A stretch of 62,740 nucleotides of DNA, counting the filler, from Sphacelaria rigidula (lineage: Eukaryota): the NCBI GenBank assembly GCA_964200075.2. It is 11 parts of 11 records of this genome, joined end to end, with 100 filler letters (N's around TTAATTAATTAA, not from the genome) between each part and the next. Parts side by side here need not be neighbours in the genome. Positions count along the whole stretch, not along the records: positions 45,705 to 51,316 come from CAXNAA020025863.1; positions 51,417 to 57,028 come from CAXNAA020025864.1; positions 57,129 to 62,740 come from CAXNAA020025865.1; 8 more parts are not named here. One strand, written 5' to 3'. A model generated the notes under the pieces. The model did not search any database. It had not been told where the DNA came from and saw only the letters and a program-made list of their open reading frames with translations. This document shows positions 49,152-62,261 of this stretch, piece by piece; within the stretch, counting starts at the first letter, position 1, and every line of letters starts with the position of its first letter. The translations under genes and the position numbers were made by a program.

Positions 49152-50779
49152 TTTTTGCCGCAGCGTACCGTCCTTGCTGACATGTGCGTGACAGAGAACG
49201 GTAGTAGCGGTGACGGGAACATTGCCCTGTTTCTCAGCGCACAGAGGCACGTCCTGTCCAAAAAGAGAGGCAGGGAGAAATCGATCTTCGCATTTGTGAC
49301 CTCCAGAGACAAGAAGAGACGAAATCTCTCCGCAGCTCGATGTTCTTTGGGGATACCTACCGGCACGTGAGAAATTCGGTACGGGCTGGTAACATGCATG
49401 ATGCCAGTCTCTAGAGCGATTGGTAATCGCCGAGCGAGGGCACACAAAGGACACGGGCGAGAATCTTCCTCTCTGCCGCTGCTTCTCTCTCTGGTGATAT
49501 CGTCATCGACACGCGTGTACACCGCAGTCGTTCGATGCGTTTAGCCACAACTGATGATTCACAGTTGCAGAGTTTTGGGGCAACGATGGTTCCGCTCTGT
49601 GTCACTGTTTTGCGTCCTCCCTGCAAAAAAGATATGCCACTTGAATCTCATTTTTGATATTTACTCCATTTTTCAGGATCCGCTGTTAATTGGTCAAAAT
49701 ATTGAACATATACTCGTAATGAAAAAAAATAGGCTCACTTTGATATGCCCTGTTGAGGTTGGTGATGTTCACGACCGCAGTATCCAGCCATCACCGTAGT
49801 AATGCACAGTAAAATTTGGATGGAAATTGGTCACACTCGTACTCATCGGCGAAGAAGCCAACCACCTTGGGGAGATTATCCACGAAAAAGAGTCCACTGT
49901 ATTCCATATACTGCGGATACCTGACCACGCCTACGGCATGCCCGATCGGCTAGGTAGGGCCTCTTTTGCCTCACCTAGTACGTGTCCGAAGATCCTTTTC
50001 AGTGAATCATTGGCGGATCTGATTTGTTTGTTTTGCAACTTGACGGGGGTGTGCCTGGCCGGTGAAAGCCTGGTATGTAATATCCCAGCATGGCAGGGAA
50101 GATGGGTGTGGTATCGTGTTTTTTGTGTTCAAATGGAGTACGCGGTGTCGAGACCCCACATGTAATGCGGGATTTGATTAACAATTACATACTGTACAGT
50201 ATTATAGTAGGTGACCCGATTTAAGGTCACCCTGGTCCATCCTGAAATGGCGGCCTAAAATCTACAATAAACAGCGGATCCTGGAAAATGGGGTCCATCT
50301 CAAAAATGAGGTTAAATCGGTAGTTCTTTTTTGCAGGGATGGCGCCAAACACTCACGACCGAGCGAAGCCATCTTCCCCCCCAAATGTCCGCAGCAGCTA
50401 GGTGTACCGAACGACTGCGGTGTACACGCGTGTCGATGACGATATCACCAGAGAGAGAAGCAGCGACAGAGAGGAAAATTCTCGCCCGTGTCCTTTGTGT
50501 GTCCTCGCTCGGCGATTACCAATCGATCTAGAGACTGGCATCATGCATGTTACCAGCATGCACCCAATTTCCCGTGTGCCAGAATATCGAGGTGCGGAGA
50601 GATTCCGTCTCTTCTTGGCTGTGGCCAATGCGAAGATCGATTTCTCTCTGCCTCTCCTTTTGGACAGGACGCGCCTCCGTGCGCTGAGAAACATGTTGAA
50701 AAATAGGGAAATGTTCCTGTCACCGCTACTAGTGTTCTCTGTCACACACATACCAGCAAGCGCGGTGGTGCGGCGAAAA
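49152..50779. mobile_element. Foldback element: about 530-bp inverted arms (about 49152-49690 and 50268-50779) around a spacer of about 580 bp
   Basis: CTCTCTCTGGTGATATCGTCATCGACACGCGTGTACACCGCAGTCGTTCG at about 49486 is mirrored exactly at about 50408. Mirrored ORFs appear in the track. Confidence 0.9.
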
Positions 50780-51416
50780 CAACAGATATATCCAATTTGA
50801 ACTTGGGGGTGGGGTGTTATTCATCGTTGATTTTGCCCGATATGTATGTGAGGGACCCTCTGGGTGCCCAACGACAAGAGCGTGCGAGACACCAGTTGAG
50901 GGGAGGGGGGGATATGAGACATCAAACATTTGTGGAGACCTTCTTGACATGCGGAGTAAAAAAAGATACCTATGGTAGTCATCTAACCGGTGCGAGCGTG
51001 ATGCAGAGGGGTGCGTCCATGATGCAACCTGGGGCACGCGCTGGCCGCATAACCACCTCGGTACAGTAGCTGTCAAGAATTGCTTCCGATACGTGACGAG
51101 GTCATGCATTACTACTGGGGCGAGATATGAACCCACGAAGAACAAGGGTGCTCTATCATCAACCACTTGTCGCTGCATTTGACACCCACGCCATCAACCG
51201 CCAACGCAAAGGTCTTGTGGCCTTCAAGCACCGCTGGCGGCAGTACGGCAGGCAAACCCGATCATAGCTAGCTTTCGTCGCTCTACTGGACTGGCTGGCG
51301 TCGGCACATAGGTCGCNNNNNNNNNNNNNNNNNNNNNNNNNNNNNNNNNNNNNNNNNNNNTTAATTAATTAANNNNNNNNNNNNNNNNNNNNNNNNNNNN
51401 NNNNNNNNNNNNNNNN

Positions 51417-51545
51417 CAAAAGTTGCGTGGATACCCCTCGGACCAGCGATCAACTTTTTTTTCCCTTTTGGGTAATCAGGCCGAAGAAATCGTGAATTTG
51501 GTGATATTGGGTCCTGATGATTTGTCCTAACCGTGAAAACTTTGC
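51417..51545 (+). repeat. Dispersed repeat homologous to 58090-58345 and, inverted, 62262-62512
   Basis: CAAAAGTTGCGTGGAT..ACCAGCG.TCAACTTTTTT..CAGGCCGAAGAAATCGTG.ATTTGGTGAT. Confidence 0.8.
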
Positions 51546-51698
51546 ACGGAGTCCTGGGTCAACCCTCCGACCACCTGTGTGGCTTACCTGGTTTTCCGGT
51601 CCCTTTTCGAGTGAAAACAGTGCCGACTCAACGCATGACCCACCCTGGCGATCCGACGTCAAACTACTGGTACGCTCTTGTATTGTTTGTAACACACG

Positions 51699-51737
<39 letters not shown>

Positions 51738-51961
51738 TGGGTTGAAATTAGGTAACCTCCTCCCCTTCACTCACCTTCTAGAGCGTTGATTGTTTATCTT
51801 TCGTCCCGTCCAAACGTTCTTCTTTACTCAGATAAGCTGTGTTACTACACATGTTTGAGAAGTGGTTTGAATAAATACTATTATCGACGTAAATCTCCCG
51901 CCTGCCCGCCATCTGTCGCCTCAACACGTGACGGTGAACCGTTGCAAATACACACATGCAG

Positions 51962-52147
51962 GATCGAGCGTTCACCCGAATGTTCGGTGTGGCGAAGCCC
52001 AAGCCCGTGCCGATCCCGACGTACCTGCTATTCACGGTGAGGGACGCATCCACGGTGGCGGCATCGTTTAATCTTCCCGCACCGGTTTCGACCTATCTGC
52101 AGGATCGCTTCGGCATGTCCAAGAGCTCCGCGGATTTCACAGCGCAG
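51962..52147 (+). CDS. Exon of a conserved uncharacterised mitochondrial-carrier-like membrane protein
   Basis: ATGCAG|GAT...CAG|GTATTG, 186 nt, phase 0-0. Encodes DRAFTRMFGVAKPKPVPIPTYLLFTVRDASTVAASFNLP...TAQ. Confidence 0.8.
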
Positions 52148-53398
52148 GTATTGTCATTCGAGTGCGGATGAAGACTTTCATTTTTGTTGATTTTGCGGGC
52201 GTTAGTATATGTCGTCGTAAAACGTTCCACGATGCTATTTGTCTCGGCCCACCCAGCCTGATGGGAAAAGGATTTCTCGCTGCTATCCTACGTTTGGTTT
52301 GTCAACACCTCGTTACACCGTGCAGGTGTCTGGTGTTCGGCCACTGAATCCCACACCGATTGGCTTGCATTTTCTATACGTGACGTATGTGAAATGCCGA
52401 GAGCTTTTCGGAGCATAATTTGATGAGTTATGACTGGAAGCTGTCCTCCATGTTTCATGTCGATTGATTGATCAAGTCGCGGTTCCTTCGTGGCATCAGA
52501 CGTACACATGGTAGCTGACATCGGGTGCGTAGTTTATGTGTGATCATGAGCCGAACACCCCATGCGTGACAACCATTTTACGTTCCCTCCCGCATTTCTC
52601 ACCAGACACTCCTCCGTTCTCACGAACGAATAATTAAGCAAATGATTCAGAGATGGGGATGGTTTAGAGACGAGAACTGCAGCATCTGTCCTCAAACAAT
52701 CAAAAGGATAATAAAGTTGAGTCGTCATGATCACCATCATTTTCACAGTTGCATTCTCAACTCTGTATTGCTCGTTTCTCTTTGGTCGCGACACGTACTT
52801 CTCTGGCTGTGACGTTGCCGTCTTTACTGCAGGAACCGTAGTGAATCAAAATCACCCCACAGAGTTTCGCGTTGACACAGACATGACGTCACCGGATAAT
52901 AACCCACTACCCCGCAAATGGTGGATATTAGGAGCAGTAATTAGCGTTCTCCTCTGCAGTAGAAAATGCGCCAAGATAATGCGTGGGGCGTAGACTGAGA
53001 GGGTTGTTGGGCGAAAACAAACGCACGTGAAAGCGTATCTACGATATTGCCCGCTCTGGGTTCAGCATTTTTTGTCGTTGCGATTAATGGTGACCAAACA
53101 GGTAAGCAGGCGTGCAATGACGTAGCCGTAGCTCGGTACGGTATGGTTTTTACATTGCCCGTGCTCGTTCTCTGTAACGGTGTGTATGCACGGCTACCGC
53201 GCTGAACTCACAAGAATACACCAGCTCCATATATCTTTGCCTGTTTTTATTACACGTATCCTTTACCGCACATCGCACGGCGAGTACAGAACCTCTCCGT
53301 GAAAGAGAACGACTGAAGTACTGTGATTTCCGCCCATGAAGTAACTCACACCTCTCTTGTTGTCGATTTTTTCTCCTCGGCCTCCCCGACACACTCAG

Positions 53399-53626
53399 AT
53401 GACGTGCCCCGCAGGAGTGCAGTTCCTCTCCACACCGCTCCATCTTTTGGGACTCGACCTTTACAACAAGCCCCAAAATACGCCGTCAGGGCGAACAAAG
53501 TTCATTGTGGGCGCGTACACCCCGTCGGTTATTGCGCGTATCTGCCGAATTGGCCCTGCATTCGGGATCGGCGGGGTGGGAAACACTGCCTTCCGAAAAT
53601 ACTTCCGGGGTTTGGCAGGATGCTAG
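53399..53626 (+). CDS. Terminal exon of the same protein
   Basis: CTCAG|ATG...TAG; MTCPAGVQFLSTPLHLLGLDLYNKP...SVIARICRIGPAFGIGGVGNTAFRKYFRGLAGC*. I recall the QxxSTPLHLLGLDLYN and ARxxRIxPAFGxGGVxN motifs from a fungal/protist carrier-like family. Confidence 0.8.
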   Translation: MTCPAGVQFLSTPLHLLGLDLYNKPQNTPSGRTKFIVGAYTPSVIARICRIGPAFGIGGVGNTAFRKYFRGLAGC

Positions 53627-54656
53627 TTATTATTTTTCAAGATTCGACAAAGTCGAAACGTTTGGCTGCGCTGTCGGCTGATTGGCTTTGCGCGCATACC
53701 ATCAGAGTTGCCTATTTTGTTATTATGTTGTGATAACTTGTTGTCGCTTTTGCTGAAGGTGCTTGCTTTTCCCCTAGAATCATGAAGGTGATTGGCCTCT
53801 CATGTTGTTGGCGCTGCATGGTGTAGACGATGGAATATTTGTACACTCTCTCCCCCTACCCCCCTCTCTCTCTGCCGTGAGAAGGTGTTCACTATCCGAC
53901 TTTTGGACCGGCAACACGCACCGTATGCCCGATACACACGAATCTCGCCGATGATGATGAGAATCGTGTCAGCGCCGTAGCCGTTTGTCTACGAGATTTA
54001 GTGGGATTTCCAGTAGTATTGCTGTGGGTCGCGAGCCTGGCGTGGCCACACTCTTGTGACTACGTGGTGATTTTGACGGCACTGTGATAGGACCTCTCAT
54101 CTGCAGTCGATTTTGATGAATTTGTCACCTGGGGTGTTCCTGTACATCACTCACATGGCGGCCCCGTCACCCGGTACATGCACTTGTGGCGGTGCTAGGG
54201 CTCCGACTTGCGATAGGAACATGTGGCGTCATGGGGCAGCGGTAAGCAGGTACCGGTACATGATGTAGGCAGGCAGTGCCGAGCAACAAGAAAAACTCTC
54301 CCGTTTTTGTTTTGTGTATTCTTGTGCAATTTTTGTTTTTAGGGTCGTTGACGGTGTAGTTTTTCCCTCCTTCCGGCGGTGTTTGCTAGTGAAGAAGTCA
54401 TGCTTTCATGTGTGTTTATGTTGGTGTTTCCGTGTGGTGGAGTAAGCGTTATTTGTACGAGAGTCTTGCCACGATAGGGTTGCGTATTTGGGCCCGGATG
54501 CTTCTCATTGAGGGGCGCCTACAGTCGGGAGCTACACAAGAATATGTGTCAGAACGTCCCCGTTTCAGATTCCATTCGAGGTATCCCTTGCAAATTTTGG
54601 AATGCTGATCCCGGCGTGCTGTTACATATTTCATGAGTGGTGTTTTGGATGAGGTA

Positions 54657-55070
54657 AAGGGCTCCTGAAAATTTCAAGGATATCCACGTTACACACGTGG
54701 CATATTTGAAAAAAACGAAAAAAAGCGTAACTTTGGGCCATTCAACGCTACGTAGGGTTTGATTTTTTGGACTGGACAAATGTAACGTGATGTGATGTAA
54801 CGTGTTAGGCTGTTTGTGTGATTTTTTCACGTGACACGTGACGCTTTACATGTTCACGAAATCAAGCAGAGTTTTCGTCACATTTGGAAAGTTGAACACT
54901 TTGTCAGGGTTCATCCGAAGGACCACACGTTACATCACGTTACGTTACATTGGTCCCATCCAAAAAATCGAATCTTACATGGCGTTAAATGACTCAAAGT
55001 TGCGTTTTTCCGAATGTGTCACGTAGAAACGTCACGTGTAAGGTGTATATCCCCGGAAAATTCAAACCTG
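54657..55070. mobile_element. MITE/foldback with about 150-bp degenerate TIRs rich in GTAACGTG/CACGTTAC
   Basis: GCGTAACTTTGGGCCATTCAACGCTACGTAGGGTTTGATTTTTTGGA is mirrored by TCCAAAAAATCGAATCTTACATGGCGTTAAATGACTCAAAGTTGCG. Confidence 0.75.
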
Positions 55071-58000
55071 AGGGAAAATCGTGCAACCCTACGGTGGCGT
55101 GAGTCACGATGAAGACTGTGCGTTGGTAGTCGCAGTACTGTCTGCGAGAGGAGAAGAAAATACCGTTAGAGACACACGAAAAATATTTCTCGAGGAACGA
55201 AAACTTAGCCGTCTCGCGGGATGAACTCGTCGGGCGGGGGGGGGGGGGGGGATTTGAAAGTACGCCTGCCACGGAAGATTCCCCGGAGCAAAGTATTGAT
55301 CCTCAAGTATAGTAAACTTGAGGTCGATCTCTTTTTTTGAGATGGTGAGGGAGAAGCACACACAGTTGCAGTCGCTTTGTCGTAGTAGGTAACTTACTAG
55401 AGGAATGGTGACACGCATAGACTGCATGAATAAAAAAGTAAGTGTTCTCTGTGGGTCTGTCTGCTCGTTGGTTTAAACTGTTTTGTAGGGTGAGGGTAGG
55501 CAGCTCCGTTTTTGCACGATTTTCCCCATTTTTGTCTGTCTAGAGTAATCGAGAAAAAGTCTGCCCGCTCCGGTGTGAGACTGCTTGTTTTTTTTTTTGT
55601 ATACTGAAGCAGATAACCGCCCTCACAGTGTACCCTCCCGAGGGGTCACTGCTGAGCGCGTATCTCTTTAGGTCCACGGGTGCGAGCATTTTCGGCGTTT
55701 TTTCGTACGTTTTTTTGGCGGATCGGGATCACTTCATGCGCTCTCGCCCTGCTTTTGCCATGAGTGACGGAGTATATTGCCTCCGGTGGGGTGGGACGTC
55801 TTCTCAATCTGGACTTTCTTGACATAACTGCGATGGCCCCGCTACCAAAGCTGTGTCGTTGCGAGTGTTATCATGCAGAGACGGTCAACAAAACAGTCAT
55901 CCCTCGGGGGTCTGAAGGTGTTTTGGTTCTCGCGAAAGTAGAGAGGTCGAGGAACGTCTTGTCAGCCCGCGGGGGGGGGATACCATCCTCCGTTCCCGTG
56001 CCGTAGGTTGCTGTCAGCCCGACTTCCATGCGTGCTTGTTACGTTTTTTTTGTCTGCTGCAGTCCAGGGCGATGTTAGCCGTAGGTTAGGCAATGATGAA
56101 ATTGCTCGCCGTATACAACGGTGAATTAAAAAGTGATGGACAACAGTTTGCAGGTTATAAATTTTGATGAAGAATAGGTTTCAGGTTTCAGCCGGAGGGT
56201 GGTTACTCGCTTCTTCCCCCCCCCCCCCCTCTCTTTTCTTTTTTTACGAAGGCGGTTCCCCCCTTTTTTTTTCTTTTCCTTTAATTTTTTTTTCCAAATA
56301 AAATGCGTTTTGAGACACTTTGAGGCAGTCTGTAACTCTTCTCTCACAAGCCTACATATCATGCGATGATTGACGATCTAGTGTGTTGAACTTTCCATCC
56401 TGCGTGCCGAGAAGGTGCGGTTCCGCACACAATGACTGAGGCCCATCAACATTGAAGGGAACTCGGTTGCTCACCGTATCCCACCCCATGGAAAACATTG
56501 GCCGTTGAAACTCATGGTACCGGAGAGCTGCTTTTCGTACCCTACAATATTAGCTCATAGTGACCCTTCGTCGAAAACGCTCTGTGTGCTGGTAATGCGG
56601 TATGACTGTATTGCAATGGTACTGATTTAGCTTTTTAGCGAGAAAGTATTGCAGTAAGGTTGTGGTGAAGAGAGAAAGCAAACACAGTTAGTGTGTGTTT
56701 CGGTATGAGTGCAATGTAGATGTGTGTGTATATACATCTATATGTATATCATGATTCGGGGGGACCTTGGAGACAAATAGCAGATCCATCATAAGTGAGT
56801 TTTTTCACAGGGAAATGTTTCACCAACCAAATACGTCACGAACAGAGGAAGTGGTAGTTCCGTTGCCTTTGTTCTGTGCGTTTCCAGCTTGGGCGGAGGA
56901 ATCGGTGGACTCCTGGAACGTGGAAGGGGAACCACTAGTTACGAGTCATCGTACGATAGGGGGGGGGGTATTTGATTGCGCAAAAAAAAAGCTGATGAGT
57001 GTGTTGAATGACTTGCGACGCTCGCGTTNNNNNNNNNNNNNNNNNNNNNNNNNNNNNNNNNNNNNNNNNNNNTTAATTAATTAANNNNNNNNNNNNNNNN
57101 NNNNNNNNNNNNNNNNNNNNNNNNNNNNCAACACATGAGAACGCCCCCTCCCCCCCCCGTTCCCCGAGTGTTGCTGATCTTCAGGGCTCTTCTCGCAACT
57201 CTTGCTGCGCATACTTGGTGGACAGACTGCCGCGGCTGAAACCATCCACGCTCGCATGCTGCGGAAACGTACCGTGATCGTACCTAACTCGTGACTTAAA
57301 AGTTCGCAAAATTCAGTTTCGCCGAACCGTAACCACGGTTCGGGGTCCTGCCGTGGCGTGCCCATCTCGTCATATCCCGCCGTTATCCCGGGCGTTGTGG
57401 TTGGTTGTGCACTTCGGTGCCCTGGCCATTCGCACTTCATGGCACCGTGCGTGCGCCCGTCGGGCTTCGAACGAACTCCTGCGATGATTCACCTGAAAAA
57501 CATGGGGGTATTCCTGGTACATTTGTAATAAGGAGGATTCCTCGTACACATGTGCCCTTCAACGGAGACGCGCGCAACTTCTCACGCAGGGTTGCCACAC
57601 CGCTTTCTCAAACGCCGGATATCTGGAGAAGAACAGAGCAAAAATTAAGCACCACCTTTCATACCGAGTTTCGAAATATCGGAGAGCACACGTGTGCAAA
57701 GTTTCAGGGTCTAAGTCGAACATTTTCGGCCGATTTTTTTTAGCCAACCTGCATAAGACGGCCGTTTTGAAGGCAGCCCCCTTACGTATGACGGTAGGTG
57801 AGGCCCAGCCCACTTCAAGCCTGAACCTGTCACGAAAGTGCTTGGTCTTCGCTTGTACCATACCGCCTGCGTGTGACCACGGATAAATTCATTGGGGATC
57901 ACTCAATGTGCGACCACTCTTTGGTTGTTGTCGGTTGCAGGTAGCTTTGTTTACTTTACCTACTCTTTCTTGCGTTAACTTTCGTGTTTCTCGAGTTTGC

Positions 58001-58089
58001 TTTGGCGAGTATACCCGTTCATTCAGGTCGGGTGCGTCCCTCGTGTCACCACGACAGGAATGGTGACGGATCAGTCAACGTTCGAGAAG

Positions 58090-58345
58090 CGATCAAATAA
58101 TTATTTCAAGGGTCGGACAAATCAATGATTCGTCTGGAAAGTACTTGGTTTTGGTCTAATTGATTCGAATCGTACAAATCAATCCCTCGGCTTTATTTTC
58201 AGCCTTGCAACCCAGGTACACATAGCTCAGACACGTGGAATAGCGCAAAAGTTGCGTGGATGCCCCTTGCACCAGCGGTCAACTTTTTTCTCCCTTTTGG
58301 ACAGTCAGGCCGAAGAAATCGTGGATTTGGTGATTCGAACCCGTG
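58090..58345 (+). repeat. Repeat copy forming an inverted pair with 62262-62512
   Basis: GGTCGGAC..TCGTCTGGAAA..TTGCAACCCAGG..GTGGAAT.GCGCAAAAGTTGCGTGGAT..ATCGTGGATTTGGTGATTCGAACC. Confidence 0.8.
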
Positions 58346-59541
58346 ATGATTCGTCATAACCGTGATTTTTTTCAACATACTAAACCTTCCAAAAACGTGC
58401 GACCACTGCCATGAATATACTCCTCCTCCCCCAACCCCCCTTCTGCCTCCCACTCACTGCGTACGATGGGCAACCAGGTAACCGATGTGATTTTCGATTA
58501 CGTTTTTACGCGGCAACTCATGATGGTAGTCGAGTCAGATCATGTTGTGTGGGATAAGAGAACCTCGACTCCGGGCAAAGGGGATCACACTAAGTAGCGT
58601 TTAAATGGCGAGGCATTCATGAGAGGGGGAAGCCGTGACCATCCCTTGAAGTAACGGCACCAGGAATTGAAGCAACTGATTGTATGATGTCATCCGTACG
58701 CAAGATGATCACTTCGCTTCGAGCCGAACGATCTTTGCAAGACACAGGTAATCTTTCATGCAACCCGCCCAACACATCACGGCGCTTCGTGCTTGATGAT
58801 TGCGAGCATGGTCCGGCGAAAACCCGGCGTGCTTCGTTCCGGCTCGGTAGAGATGCCAGGTCAATGGTCTTATGACTACGGTACGCAAGATCATGAGATC
58901 ACCGCCTCCCACCCCCTCTCCCCACACGCGGCAATCGGCAGTCTTTCGTTGGGCTGGAGCGAGGCAAGACGTGCTTCCCCGACCCCGTCGCAGCTCACGA
59001 CGACGGCTTGACCTACGGACCCTACATTCCCACGTGGGACGAAGTGTGCATCGGATTGGACGGCACTGAGGTATTGAAATATCATTTTGTTTATACTTTC
59101 TGTACCCAGATAAACTCGTTCCTCGCATTTAATTGTGATCCGACTATTAATATCATCTTCCCGATCAACCATTCTCACTGTGTAATTATTTATCTCACCT
59201 CACGTTTGGTCCGTTTATTTGGTCCGCGCACTCGAGGGTCGGAGCTCACTCACTCACTCACCCAGCGCATTATAGTATGCACTGATTGGGAATGGTGGCT
59301 TGTTCGAGAGTGTTTGTCTGTACTTACCGATAGCTTCCCGAAGCCGTGGTGTCTTCGAAGTGAAAAATATACATTTGATTCATTTACTCGCCCAAATAGC
59401 GAGTCGAGACTGTGGTAGTTTCTTACCAAGAACAATAACGTTTTTTGAGTTGTAACATTCGCATCGAAACCGCTCTTCTAAACTGGTTACTCGTAGTTCC
59501 CGAGCGGGGCAGTATCTAAACCGCCATTATTCTCATGTGTC

Positions 59542-59574
<33 letters not shown>

Positions 59575-59723
59575 TACTCGTGCCCCCCCCGCGCCGGCCC
59601 CCCCCCCCCNNNNNNNNNNCCACACCGCCCTTCTAGACTTGTTTCTCGTCGTCCCCGGGCGGGGGGGGTTCTACACCCCCCTTTTTTTTTTTTTTCCCCC
59701 CCCCCCCCCCCCCCCCCCCTTCC

Positions 59724-59812
59724 CCAACTTATTGCGGATGCCTCGGACAGACGACCGGGCTGACCTTCGAGGGAGAGATCAACAAGCTCGCAACCAATGT
59801 GGCGTTGGGCAG
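59724..59812 (+). CDS. Vanadium-dependent haloperoxidase exon (readable 3' part; the 5' part lies in corrupted poly-C/N sequence)
   Basis: PTYCGCLGQTTGLTFEGEINKLATNVALG(R)|GTGAAA matches the brown algal vBPO motif LTxEGEINKLAxNVAxGR. Phase-2 donor. Confidence 0.9.
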
Positions 59813-61622
59813 GTGAAACGGAGGAGTGGGCCCTAGTGGGGATCTCAATAACGATGGCGATGTAGTCGATTTGATTTGTTCTATTTGATTTGTTCTATTT
59901 GATTCTGGTGTACGTGAGTATTTGGTACGATACACGTTCCGTCCGGTAGCTTCTTCATGCGAGTCGAAGTGTCGGATAAAAGGGGCCCGACGACCATAAA
60001 ACATAATGAGATAATCGGGTTCTTTGGACAAATACTGATATTACATTTGATCTGTGCCGAACAGAGAAATCCTTAATGCTGAAGGCTGTACGAAACCCCA
60101 AACGATGTACAGCCGATGGTGATGAGTGCTGGTGCGACCCTTCCCTGAATCACGGGGAAACGATCGATACCCTCACCGCCTGATTCGCCATCTATCTACT
60201 GTAGACACCTCTTCCTGGAGCGCAATATATTACGACGAAAGGCTCTGAATGCACTAAAGCTAGATTTCGCGTGTCAATCTTGAGACCTGTGCTGTTGAAA
60301 TTTCGGTATGAGATTTTGCGAGGGCAAAACTAGTAGGCTGGCCCATGCTGTAAACCTAAAGTTCTCACCTCATTTGCATGAGTTGCGCTTTACAATTTCT
60401 TACGGAGGATTGTTGGGTCATTATGGTCAGTAAACCTTCAGGACCTTGGCGTTCGGTTTTCGTGGCACAAAAACGGTCCAGTGAAAATTGGACTTCGAGT
60501 TTTGCCCTCAACTCATGGGAAACAAACCCCAAGGTCCCAGGATTCCTTTTCTATCACACCCTAGCAATTTACCAGTTTTTCAAGCGCAACTCTCATTATA
60601 TAGTTGAGAGCCTACTTGCCGTCTCTACTGATCCGCTTCTAGGCTGGCCCAGCTCGTGATCCATTCTGGTACGTGTTGACTACTGCTTTTTTCACAAGGC
60701 AGGCTTCGTTCATCAGTCGCCGAGAGGTGTATGGAGCCTCACTTGATACCCAGGCGCACCCGGGTTACGACTTCTATGTACAATAAAACGTACAGCAAAG
60801 AAGAAGAACGTTTCCACTGTTTTTGATCGGGACCAAAAAACGTCGGACGAGCGTTTTAGATTTTGAAGAAGGAAGTCGTCGATATCTCATCATTTTCCAC
60901 AACTCGATTTTGAAGTTGATTGTTTCGTGACTTTTTTGCCTATGAACACAGGTCTGTCGAGGGAAAATTCTCGGACAGGGAGACCCCCCAATTTTTGTTT
61001 GTCATTGTCATCATTTTTCAGTTTTTTTGTGCTTTTTCTTTGATTTGTTCAACTTTTTGTTGGAGTTGTTGAGAGGAATTGATCAGCAAAGACTGACAGA
61101 AACCGAAAAGTCTGGTGGACTCGGCGAGGTTCGTATTTTTGCTTCTGCTTCTTAGCCGCCCTGTCCCGATGATCTCGGATGCCGGCAACGCTCACACACA
61201 TCTGTGTACAATACACAGGCGCACGGTAGCGACAGCCTGTAGGCGAAGTAGCAACATTGTCTAACGCCTCGCCAAATTTGCCGTGGCAGGTAGTCGAGGC
61301 ACACGACACGGAACATGATCCCGTAAACTTATCATGGTAGGTGATGAGCTTGGAGGGGCGGTGTGTCCGTCATCTTAGCGGCCTCCGTGCCAAGGTTCTT
61401 TGTACACGGTAGCTGACCGCATCCACCAACGCCTTGGCAATAAACTAGGGGACAGCAGTCTGGGTATCCCCCCCCTTCAAAACCTCGAATTTTCGATCGT
61501 GGGGCTTACGTGTCCCGAAATATATATTTTTTGACAAACCCTTGCTACAAATGGTGATTTTGCGGCCTTAGCTCTTTCCACCCACCTGGGTGTATCTGCT
61601 GTGCGTATGTTTTCGACTACAG

Positions 61623-61707
61623 GTCGATGATGGGAGTGCACTACAGGTTCGACAGCACGGACGGCATGTTGCTGGGAGAAACATACGCCGTGAGAATGCT
61701 GCAGCAG
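61623..61707 (+). CDS. Vanadium-dependent haloperoxidase exon containing the vanadate-ligating His
   Basis: CTACAG|G TCG ATG ATG GGA GTG CAC TAC AGG TTC GAC...CAG|GTGGGG gives RSMMGVHYRFDSTDGMLLGETYAVRMLQQ (RxxxGxHYRFD motif). In phase with the previous exon. Confidence 0.92.
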
Positions 61708-62261
61708 GTGGGGACAAGGCGTGGACGTTCAGAGAGTGTCGGATTGCATGCAACTATCCTTGTGTCATACAACACGGGCTACCGCAAAATACCTTCACGC
61801 AGCGCAAGGCTGATGGAGAATGTTTAAAACACGGGCAGCCTAATTAACTTGAGGACTTGAAGCAAGAAACGACAGGTCTAAAATACGAATGGTGTTGCTT
61901 GTGTAGGGAAGGACGTCGAGGATCGTCCTGCAAATTTTTTTGACCTCAATCTCTTACATGGGTGGTCGTACGCGGCTTTCTGGACTGGAGTATATTACTG
62001 TCCTGACCGTAAAAGCTCGTGTTCTACAAAAGATCCTTCAGCAGCACCAAACAACGTGAATGGAGGGGGAGAGAGTAAGCAGAGTGTAGTGACATGGACG
62101 TGAGACTCGAGGACTGGTACCCATCTCGAGAAGCCACGAAGACGCGTTGAACCATTCTTTTCAAATGTCGACTAGCCCCTGACATCTGAGATCAGCCCGG
62201 TAACTCTCTCAGGCGTATCTTTCCATGTACGAATGTTCCACGGTTGGGACGAATTATCGCC

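Noticed and set aside
5614..57128. Regularly spaced TTAATTAATTAA motif as a biological array or CRISPR-like repeat
   Set aside because: It is always embedded in 44-N pads and is a six-frame-stop assembly linker.
59537..59723. Poly-proline ORF
   Set aside because: Homopolymer C/T/G runs around a 10-N gap look like base-calling or assembly noise, which probably obscures the 5' part of the haloperoxidase exon.
60380..61460. Gypsy integrase remnants in the haloperoxidase intron (FTGPF-like word)
   Set aside because: Too degenerate to support by eye.
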